From the NCBI GenBank assembly GCA_051313645.2, contig JBNRSN020000017.1, positions 41,292,001 through 41,356,000 on the forward strand: a stretch of DNA of 64,000 nucleotides, given 5' to 3'. This stretch comes from Centroscyllium fabricii (taxonomy: Eukaryota). Below the pieces are notes generated by a model. That model worked only from the letters and a program-made list of their open reading frames with translations. It did not search any database and was not told the origin of the DNA. Below are positions 52,602-61,698 of the stretch, piece by piece. Made by a program: the position numbers and the translations under genes. Position 1 is the first letter of the stretch; every line of letters starts with the position of its first letter.

Positions 52602-55478
52602 CTACTGTTCCTTCCCTTCCATGTACCTGTCTATCATCCTTTTAAAAGCACCCAGACTGTCCGCATCCACTATTTCAGATGGTAGCCTATTCCATTCCCC
52701 GACCACTCTTTGTGTGAAGAACTTGCCCCTGCCATCCCGTCTGAATCTTCCTCCTTGAATCTTGTGCTCGTGTCCTCTTGTTGTCGTTCTTCCCGCCCGG
52801 GGAAACAGCCTTTGCACATTTACTCTGTCGATCCCCTTCATCATTTTGTACATCTCTATCAGGTCCCCCCTCTTCCTTCTTCGTTCCAGGGAGAAGAGTC
52901 CCAGTTCCCTTAACCGTTCCTCGTATGACTTTCCCCCCATTCCCGGCAGCATCCTGGTGAATCTCCTCTGCACTCTTTCCAGTGCCTCCACATCCCTCCT
53001 GTAGTACGGTGCCCAGAACTGCACACAGTACTCCACGTGTGGTCTCACCAGTGACCTGTACAACTGCAGCATGACCTCCCGGTTCTTAAACTCTATTCCC
53101 CTGTTGATGAAGGCCAATACACCATAGGCCTTTTTTACTGCTTTGTCCACCTGGGTGGCAGCCTTCAGTGATCTGTGTACATATACTCCCAGATCCCTTT
53201 GCTCCTCTGCTTCACTCAGGATCCTGCCGTTGACCCTATATTCCCTCTTCCTATTTGCCCTGCCGAAGTGCATCACCTCGCATTTCCCCGTGTTGAACTC
53301 CATTTGCCATTCTTCAGCCCAGCTCTGCATCCTGTCTATATCCCTCTGAATCGTTCTACTCCCTTCCTCCTCATCCACTACTCCCCCAATCTTTGTGTCA
53401 TCCGCAAATTTGCTGACCCACCCCTCAGCCCCCTCCTCCAAGTCATTGATGAAGATTACAAACAGTAGTGGCCCCAACACCGACCCCTGTGGTACCCCGC
53501 TGGTGACCGGTCTCCAGCTCGAGTATTGGCCTTCTACCACTACCCTCTGCTTCCTCTGAGCCAGCCAGTTCTCAATCCATCCCACCACTTTGCTGCTTAC
53601 CCCGCAACTCCTTACTTTCTTCATGAGCCGACCGTGCGGGACCTTGTCGAACGCCTTGCTGAAGTCCATATATATGACATCAACCGCCTTTCCCTCGTCC
53701 ACACTCTTGGTCACCTCTTCAAAGAATTCTATCAGGTTGGTCAGGCACGATTTACCCTTAACAAAACCGTGCTGACTGCTTCTGATTAATTTGCCCCTTT
53801 CTAGATGGTCGTAGATCTTGTCCCTCAGGACCCTTTCCATCATCTTTCCAACCACTGAGGTGAGGCTGACTGGTCTGTAGTTCCCTGGCACGTCCCTTTT
53901 CCCCTTTTTAAATATGGGAGCCACATTCGCCTCTCTCCAGTCCTCAGGGACTATCCCCGAGGATAGCGATGATCTAAAGATAGAGGTCAGTGGCTCTGCG
54001 ATTTCGTTCCTCGCCTCCCAGAGAATCCTTGGATATATCCCGTCTGGCCCAGGAGATTTGTCTACCTTTAGTTTCTCCAAAATATCTAATACCTCCCCCC
54101 TCTGGATATTTACTTCCCCCATCCTTTCCCCTTGTATCTTGAACTCCCCCTCTACTTTTTGTTCCCTCTCCCTTGTGAACACGGACGCAAAATATTTGTT
54201 TAGTGCTTCCCCAATTTCCTCTGGCTCCGTGCACGTTTCTCCCTTGCTGTCTTTGATCGGCCCTACTCTTACCCTAGTCATCCTTTTGTTTCTTACGTAC
54301 GCATAGAAAGCCTTAGGGTTCTCCTTTATCCTTCTCGCTAATGCCTTCTCGTGCCCTCCCTTTGCCTTCCTTAGCCCATTTTTCAGATTTTTCCTTGCTT
54401 CTTTGTACTCCCTTCCCGCCCCTTCTGTACTCTGTTTTCTCATTTTATCATATGCTTCCTTCTTCTTTTTTACTAATTGTTCTACCTCTTTCGTGATCCA
54501 TGGTTCTCTCATCTTACCCTTTTTTCCCATCCTACTCGGGACATGCTTATCCAGGGCTTTCAAAATTTTCTCCCTGAACACTCTCCATTTTTCTTCCGTT
54601 CCTCTCCCCGCAAGTTCCCGTTCCCAATTGGTGTTAGCTAAATCGTGCCTAACCCTGTCGTAATTTCCCCTCCCCCAGCTGTATACCTTACCCTGCCTCC
54701 TGCTCCTATCCTTCTCCATTACTATTGTGAACGTTACCGAATTGTGGTCACTGTCCCCAAAGTGCTCCCTTACCCCCAGTTCTACCACTTGGCCTGGTTC
54801 ATTTCCCAGAACCAGGTCCAACGTTGCTCCCCCCCTTGTTGGTTCCTCCACGTATTGTGTCAGGAAACCTTCCTGTATGCATTGTAGGAAAATCTCACCC
54901 TCTGCACTCTTTGATCTACCTAGATTCCAGTCTATATTAGGGAAATTGAAATCTCCCATTATAACTATCCTCTGTCCCCCACATCTTTCCTTTATTTGTC
55001 GCGCAATTTCCTCCTCCACCTCCCTGCTACTATTAGGTGGTCTATAGAAGACTGCCACTAACGTTACCGCCCCCTTCCTATTCCTAAGCTCCGCCCATAC
55101 TACCTCCGTTCGTGTGTCCCCCTCAAAGTTTTTTTCTGTAGCCGTCACGTTGTCCTTGACCAGCAGTGCTACTCCCCCACCGCGCTTTCCTCCCTCCCTG
55201 CTCCTCCAGAAGCTTCTGTATCCCGGGACCCCAAGCATCCAGTCCTGTCCCTGCTCCAGCCATGTCTCTGTAATGGCCACCACATCGTAGTCCCATGCCG
55301 CCATCCATGCCCCTAACTCCCCTGCCTTGTTCCTTATACTTCTTGCATTGAAGTAGGCGCATTTCAGACCCCTTTCCCTTCCCTGTGTCCTTGGTTCTCC
55401 CCCCTTTTCCTCGTTGCTCCCCGGTCTCCCCTGTGTTTCCCTGCCCGTTTCCCCATCCCCCTGGCCAGTTAGTTTAAA
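52602..55478 (-). CDS. CR1 ORF2, APE endonuclease + reverse transcriptase, uninterrupted (frame open to 55502)
   Basis: EN motifs GLKCAYFNARSI, ITETWL, YRPPN, MGDFN, LDLVL, SDHN; RT motifs NYRPVSLTS, DFSKAFD, GVPQGSVLGP, FADD. The first in-frame ATG (55304) lies inside the EN domain. Confidence 0.93.
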   Translation of the reverse strand, partial: FKLTGQGDGETGRETQGRPGSNEEKGGEPRTQGRERGLKCAYFNARSIRNKAGELGAWMAAWDYDVVAITETWLEQGQDWMLGVPGYRSFWRSREGGKRGGGVALLVKDNVTATEKNFEGDTRTEVVWAELRNRKGAVTLVAVFYRPPNSSREVEEEIARQIKERCGGQRIVIMGDFNFPNIDWNLGRSKSAEGEIFLQCIQEGFLTQYVEEPTRGGATLDLVLGNEPGQVVELGVREHFGDSDHNSVTFTIVMEKDRSRRQGKVYSWGRGNYDRVRHDLANTNWERELAGRGTEEKWRVFREKILKALDKHVPSRMGKKGKMREPWITKEVEQLVKKKKEAYDKMRKQSTEGAGREYKEARKNLKNGLRKAKGGHEKALARRIKENPKAFYAYVRNKRMTRVRVGPIKDSKGETCTEPEEIGEALNKYFASVFTREREQKVEGEFKIQGERMGEVNIQRGEVLDILEKLKVDKSPGPDGIYPRILWEARNEIAEPLTSIFRSSLSSGIVPEDWREANVAPIFKKGKRDVPGNYRPVSLTSVVGKMMERVLRDKIYDHLERGKLIRSSQHGFVKGKSCLTNLIEFFEEVTKSVDEGKAVDVIYMDFSKAFDKVPHGRLMKKVRSCGVSSKVVGWIENWLAQRKQRVVVEGQYSSWRPVTSGVPQGSVLGPLLFVIFINDLEEGAEGWVSKFADDTKIGGVVDEEEGSRTIQRDIDRMQSWAEEWQMEFNTGKCEVMHFGRANRKREYRVNGRILSEAEEQRDLGVYVHRSLKAATQVDKAVKKAYGVLAFINRGIEFKNREVMLQLYRSLVRPHVEYCVQFWAPYYRRDVEALERVQRRFTRMLPGMGGKSYEERLRELGLFSLERRRKRGDLIEMYKMMKGIDRVNVQRLFPRAGRTTTRGHEHKIQGGRFRRDGRGKFFTQRVVGEWNRLPSEIVDADSLGAFKRMIDRYMEGKEQ

Positions 55479-55602
55479 TCCCCCTTTATGGCTGAATCGA
55501 GTTTACCACCCAGAATGCTGATGCCCTTTCGGTTCAGGTGCAAGCCGTCCTCATCATACAGATCCCACCTTCCCCCGAACGATCCCCAATTGTCCACGAA
55601 CC
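55469..55602 (-). CDS. CR1 ORF1 C-terminal fragment (SGNH/GDSL esterase-like)
   Basis: Encodes FVDNWGSFGGRWDLYDEDGLHLNRKGISILGGKLDSAIKGDLN*, with the DGLHLN (DxxH) motif. Confidence 0.85.
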
Positions 55603-56578
55603 CCTATCTTCTATGTTTCTATGTTTCCCTGCCTGCTCTCCGTAACCCCTTATTCCCTTATTAGCTAGGAAACTGTTTATCTCCGTTTAAAATTTATTTA
55701 ATGTCACAGCTTCCACAGCTCTCTGAGGTAGCAAATTCCATAGATTTACTACCCTCTGAGTGAAGAAGTTTCTCCTCACCTCAGTTTTGAAAGGGCAGCC
55801 CCTTATTCTAAGATTATGCCCCCCAGTTCTAGTCTCACCCATCAGTGGAAATATCCTCACCGCATCCACCCGATGAAGCCCCCTCACAATCTTATATGTT
55901 TCGATAAGATCGCCTCTCATTCTTCTGAATTCCAATGAGTAGAGGCCCAACCTACTCAACCTTTCCTCATAAGCCAACCCCCTCATCTCAGTGGAAAAAT
56001 TCAACATCCAATCATTCACTGCCACCTCTTATATAAGTGATGCATTGGAGCATTGTGTTTTTGCATTTCAATCTGCAAATTATCTGCAATTGAGGCATTA
56101 TTTATGCAAGCAATTGATACAGTGGGAGCATTCATGAGAAATACTCGTATTTCTCATGAATGCTCCGACTGTTTCTATGAATGCTTCGGTATCCAAACTC
56201 GAATATACAATCAATACCAGCTTCAAATCTCTTGGAGAATTGCTCTAGACAACCATTCCAGAGGAATTCTTGTATCCCATGACTGCCCACTGTACTATGC
56301 TCACACATATGTGACATATGTGGAGTAGCACAAAAGCAGTCTGTTGGCACTTATAAATAAAACCAGAAAATACTGGAAAAGACACAGAAATTCCCTCAGC
56401 ATTTGAAAAAAGAAAAGCTTAATTAATATTTTGGCTGTTAACCCTTTCTCAGAACATTTGAAACCTTTTTTTTCTCAGTTCAAATGCTGATGATGTGGAG
56501 GTGCCGGTGTTGGACTGGGGTGGACAAATGTAAGAAGTCACACAACACCACGTTATAGTCCAACAGTTTTATTTGAAA

Positions 56579-56615
56579 TCACAAGCTTTCGGAGCATTGC
56601 TCCTTCGTCAGGTGA
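56579..56615 (-). ncRNA. Minimal type I hammerhead ribozyme motif (left arm copy)
   Basis: Reverse complement reads TCAC-CTGACGA-AGGAGC-AAT-GCTCC-GAAA-GCTT-GTGA. Confidence 0.7.
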
Positions 56616-57283
56616 AGCGAAGAGATTCATAAAGGCACAGCATATATGTAAAGAACAGTGAGGTGGGGGTCACAAGGGGTCAAATGTAAGAAAAACAAAA
56701 AACAGACAAAAAGCAACAAAAAATAAAATGAAAAAGAAAATGTTTTGCTGGAAATCACAGCAGGTCCAGCCACATCTGTGTAGAGAGAACGAGCCAACGA
56801 CGACTCGAGTCAGTTGGGGTTACATGTAGCATGGCATGAACCCAAGATCCCGGTTGAGGCCGTCCTCATGAGTACGGAACTTGGCGATCAGTTTCTGCTC
56901 GACGATTTTGTGTTGTCGTGGGTCTCGAAGGCCACCTTGGAGAATGCTTACCCGAAGATCGGAGGCTGAATGTCCTTGACTGCTGAAGTGTTCCCCGACT
57001 GGGAGGGAACACTCCTGCCTGGCGATTGTTGTGCGCTACATGTAACCCCACCTGACGTAGAGTCATCCAGACTCGAGTCGTCGTTGGCTGGTTCTCTCTA
57101 CACAGATGTGGCTAGACCTGCTGTGATTTCCAGCAAAACATTTTCTTTTTCATTTTATTTTTTGTTGCTTTTTGTCTGTTTTTTGTTTTTCTTACAGACC
57201 CCAGCATGTGCAACATTTGACCCCTTGTGACCCCACCTCACTGTTCTTTATATATATGCTGTGCCTTTATGAATCTCTTCACT

Positions 57284-57320
57284 TCACCTGACGAAGGAGC
57301 AACGCTCCGAAAGCTTGTGA
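57284..57320 (+). ncRNA. Minimal type I hammerhead ribozyme motif
   Basis: TCAC-CTGACGA-A-GGAGC(AAC)GCTCC-GAAA-GCTT-GTGA: stem I, core, stem II, GAAA, palindromic AAGCTT and a UH triplet. Confidence 0.7.
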
Positions 57321-57856
57321 TTTCAAATAAAACTGTTGGACTATAACCTGGTGTTGTGTGACTTCTTACAAATACTGATGGACCAGTAATTTCTCTTTTT
57401 ATTTTAGATTTCCAGCATTTGCAGTTTTTTCTTTATACTTCTACTATTGACATTCAGTTCAGCAGCTAAAGTTACATTAGACAATGCTTCTGAAAACAAA
57501 AGCACACAATGACTACAGCAACAATGAACCTTGGATGTAGGTCCATCAGGGTGCGTCACAGATACAGGTGGAGAGCCTTCTGTATCCTCCATAGGTCATC
57601 AGTTGTTATGTGACATTCATCAGTGCTACTCGTTCAACTTATGAGAGACTTCATAGTAGGACACATGCACAACCAATGCAGAGAAGTTAATGACACACTG
57701 GAGGCAAATTCACCAGCAAAGCACATTAAATATCTACATCAGTGGCATTGCACAGCTGAATAAAATTAATTCACTTTTAATAAACCTTGCAGTCTGTCAT
57801 TGCTCTATTGTGCAGAAAGGAACGTGCCAGTTGTTCAAAAGCCAAACAAACAAAAA

Positions 57857-58258
57857 GGGCGGCATGGTGGCATAGTGGTTAGCACTGTTGCCTTACAGCA
57901 CTAGAGACCCGGGTTCAAATCCGGCCTCGGGTACTATCTGTGTGGAGTTTGCACATTCTCCCCGTGTCTGCGTGGGTTTCCTCCGGGTGCTCCGGTTTCC
58001 TCGCACAGTCCAAAGATGTGCGGGTTAGGTTGATTGGCCAGGTTAAATTGACCCTTAGTATTAGGGGGATTGAATGTGTGGGGTTACGGGGATAGGGTGG
58101 CATATGTGTCGGTGCAGGCTCGACAGGGATCGAGGGATATGGGGAGAGGGCAGGGACGGGGTGCTGGGTTTGGATGATCAGCCATGATCTCATTGAATGG
58201 CGGAGCAGGCTCGAAGGGCCGAATGGCCTACTCCTGCTCCTAGTTTCTATGTTTCTAT
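57857..58258 (+). mobile_element. Full-length HE1-type SINE
   Basis: A box, B box, core and CR1 tail. Confidence 0.95.
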
Positions 58259-58886
58259 ACACATAGGACAGCAAAAAACTAAACAGAGAGTACAAACAGC
58301 AATTCCATAATTGTAACTATGTGCAAAAGAATATAAGAACGCTCGACTGCAGTGCTGGCTGGAAGAAAAAGGCAATGAAACACTCTCACTCTGTGACTCC
58401 CAAGCTACGGTCTACTGCTGTTTCTGCGAAGTTGTAGTTTGGAGGAGGTACTTAAGGTGCCTCCTCAGCGGAGGGATATAGAATTCACGGGTAGCGGACT
58501 TTGTTGAGATGCACCCACTGCCTGGGGTAGTATCTGTTGCAAGTATTACATCTGTGTCCTCTGCTCTTCTGTTCCATCCTTTTGTCCTCTTGTTGAATTT
58601 ACACGGGATCTTCTGATGTAGGGAATTCCGTCCCCCCCCCCACCCCAACCCGATCCCCGATTTAGGAAATTCCTCCCCTCTCCCACCCCCACCCACACTA
58701 CTTACCTTGTAAGGAGCAGGCAGAGGCTCCAGCCCCTACAAGGCCCCACAGAATCCCCAATGTCAGGCTGGGACCCAATGTATCCTGGTCTTGGCCTATT
58801 TTGTGGACCTTCTCCTGCAGGAGTTTATTAATGTGGAATTATTGAACTAGTGAAGAGAACCTCCTATATAACTCACAAACATCGAT

Positions 58887-59724
58887 GGGCCAGAATTTCG
58901 AGTTTGCCGGTTGGTGGGGAACTAGGACCATGCGGATCCCTAACGAACCGCACCAACATCGCACTTTTTTTACTCCCAGCATTTCAGCTCGGCTCCGCCC
59001 CCTTCCTGCGCAATGTGGCAGTCCAGCCACGCTAGGAGCGCAGTGTATGCCCCGCCCACAGATCCCAAATTTAAATTTAAAAACGCCCACAGATCCCCAA
59101 TTTAAATTTAAAAACGCCCACAGATCCCGAGTCGGATCTTTTAGAGAGCAGGGACGTGAGGCGCTGCACTCACAGACTCGGCAGTGAGCAGCGCGGCCAG
59201 ACCAGCTTTTGACCGAAGGTAAGTCAGCGACTTTTTCTCTTAGTTTTTTAACTTCACTAAATTAGTTAAAAATTTCAGAACTCTAAATTTAAAAATTAGC
59301 GATTTGGAATAGGTATAGCAATTCAAAATCGGATTTGTAATTAAAAAAAAAAAACTTTAACATCCAAATTTATTGATACCGATCTGGTCACATTACTCCC
59401 CAAAACTGTTAAAACTTAAGATTAAAGGTCAAAAAATAACTTACCTTGTTTAAAAACGCATTTTACTCCGTCACGCACGAGTTACAACTGGTTTTCTCCC
59501 GTGCAGCTTGTGGGCCCGTTGCCCACAGAATCACTGACCAAAAATCACCCTTTTGGAGCCCAAATTCTGGGTGCAACTCACTCCTGCGTTTGATGCCGAG
59601 GGCCCTTCTCCCTCAGCATCGGAAATCTCGGATCCGTGGGCATCTCCCGTGCGTTCATCGCACGGGGCATTTTGGACCCGTTCGTGCGTGGGCATCTGGT
59701 TTGAGGCACCCGAAATTCTGGCCC
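58887..59724. mobile_element. Non-autonomous DNA transposon (Harbinger/PHIS-like MITE)
   Basis: Perfect TIR GGGCCAGAATTTCG / CGAAATTCTGGCCC, flanked on both sides by ATCGAT. Internal 31-bp tandem repeat at ~59055-59128. Confidence 0.85.
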
Positions 59725-59855
59725 ATCGATCATTATTTGACCCCTCATTTATAGGATAGATTCTACACTATGTTGTATTCCACTGAATATTTTCTGGGGA
59801 ACATTGGGCTTCATACTACTGCCAATCAAAAAACCGTTCTAGATTTTGTTACATT

Positions 59856-61300
59856 GGAGGGTGATTTTCACCTTACGGCCAGAAATGGGGCGATGACAAG
59901 ATAAAAATCATGTGGTCCACTTGTTCTGAATTTTAGGTGGACCTCGATTTAGGTGGCTCCTGCCTGAAACTGGCGGGCACCGAATGAATATATGCTAATC
60001 AGCATCAAATGATGTTGTCAAGACCTCAAGACCATTTTTGTCTTTGTCCGCAATGATACCACCAGCTCCTCATCCTACCCACAAACCATGGGCGGTACAA
60101 GTTGGGAGCTGGCCACTTCCAATGGTATTTAAGTGGCTCCTCAGCTGCTTTCAAGTAACATGCTGGAGAGTTTTGGGAGATATTTTGTATTGTTGCGCAT
60201 TTTTGGCTATGTAAACCACTACAAAGTGGCTGTCGAACATGCTGAACACTTAAGGGACTTCTGGCAACACACTTTATTCTTCATGGTGGTCCTTCTGGCA
60301 GTTCCACTCTGGCCAGAGGAGGAAAGAACAATTAGATTTGCAGCTGCATGGAGAACAAATAGAATCCTTACTCTCCCTACAGAGTTTATTGATCCAGGAC
60401 AATGTACCTGCAGTCCCCTTGGAAGCAATGCATAAGGAAGCTGATCTTCTCCTTGGAGGCAGTCACGGAGTTGTGGCACCTCCTGTAACAAGACCTGTAG
60501 AAACTGCCACAGCCAACCTGTTGCAGCCAAGGCCACTGCAGTCCTGAACTTCTTTGCCTCTGGCTCCTTCCAGGCTGCTAAAGGGGATATAAGTGCCCTT
60601 TCTGACTGCAAAACGCTCCCCTCAACCTATCGTTGTTAGCAGCAGGCGGTAAGGCAGGGGACGTCACTCAATATCCAGTCCGGGGCGCTACCGGGGTGTT
60701 GCACACTCGAATGACATCACCATCTGCCGGCGCAGGAGATCGTGGCGGTAGTGGTTAGCGCCGCCACAAAATGTCTAGTTAATTTCGCGAGCGGCACAAA
60801 CATCGCTGCGCCCCGGCCGCTAGTTGCTTTACACCCCATTAGTGCCCTCATAAGGCGCCAACGGGAGGTGCAACCAACTGAATTTTTCCCCCTTAGAGTC
60901 CTTGGCTAATAACTTTTCTCAGGAACCCACGCTCAGTGGCTCAACTGCACTACAATTAGATCCATGGCTTAACTAGAGCCCTCATTGAGCAAACCAGTGG
61001 AGTCTCAAACAATGATTACACTGCCTGACAGGAATGGTCACTTTCTGCAATACAGACCACAAAGATTATCCCATATGATAGAGGTTTGGTGTATGCTGCA
61101 TACGTTTGCATTGCAATGGAGCCACCATTAGACAAGGTTCTTCCGCATGATGAGGGAGAGGACATTGATGACATAGAGGATGGTGAGGAAGCAGGAAGAC
61201 TTCAACGTTTACTTGCAGCCAGAGCTCTTCAGCAATAGCTCAATGAAGAGCACTTTAACTGAACAATCCAATCTCCCCTGCATTAACAGTCACGCCCAAT
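59856..61300 (+). pseudogene. Decayed Harbinger (HARBI1-like) DDE transposase within a Harbinger element
   Basis: 60529-60594 encodes KATAVLNFFASGSFQAAKGDIS; from 60900, PWLITFLRNPRSVAQLHYN*IHGLTRALIEQT...DRNGHFLQYRPQRLSHMIEVWCMLH. Contains stops and frameshifts. The middle is replaced by a GC-rich MITE end (~60600-60892). Confidence 0.8.
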
Positions 61301-61698
61301 ATCTCTCCCAATCCTTCCACTCTCAAATCAACATTGATATTCATGTCAACTAACAATTCGACAGGTACTACAGGAACAATCTCTGCACACAAAGATTTCA
61401 AAAAGGATTATAATTTTTCAGCCTTATAAAAAAAAGCCTAACACTAATTATCACGCCGGTGGGAGCTCCTAGTGCCTGTCCTATCTACTCTAGTACTTCA
61501 CAAGGTACTTCCCCAGTGGCTTCAACATTGGAGGTGGCAGGTTACTGTGGCTCAGTCAAGGGCTCTTGAGCTGCCTGTGGTTCACAACCTCCAGGAGATC
61601 AGGCCTGAGAAGGCAGCAACTCGGCAGCTGGTAGGGCACTTTCACCCAGCTGGCTTTCTGACTCCAATATGGGCTTTGGTTCCGCTGTGGGCTTTGTT

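Larger units (their letters stand above)
52516..55602 (-). mobile_element. Young CR1 LINE, 5'-truncated within ORF1
   Basis: Contains the ORF1 C-terminus, an uninterrupted ORF2 and a 3' UTR ending in (TATGTTC)n. Flanking repeat CCTAT (52511-52515, 55603-55607). Confidence 0.95.
52165..55628 (+). mobile_element. HE1-type SINE (52165-52515 and 55603-55628) split by a young CR1
   Basis: SINE body runs to GCTCCTAT; the tail resumes as CCTATCTTCTATGTTTCTATG at 55603. Confidence 0.88.
52040..55990 (-). mobile_element. Outer CR1 3' fragment (52040-52163 and 55630-55990), host of nested HE1 and CR1 insertions
   Basis: The tail and CACGTCCACTT at the left continue as CCTGCCTGCTCTCCGTAACCCC at 55628. 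ORF 55687-56025 is a CR1 C-terminus. Confidence 0.85.
56493..57370. mobile_element. Penelope-like element with inverted ~300-bp terminal repeats around a GIY-YIG C-terminal fragment
   Basis: Arms 56529-56830 and 57035-57370 are reverse complements. The spacer on the minus strand encodes ...SLPVGEHFSSQGHSASDLRVSILQGGL...EQKLIAKFRTHEDGLNRDLGF. Flanked by CAAATGCTGATG / CAAATACTGATG. Confidence 0.9.
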
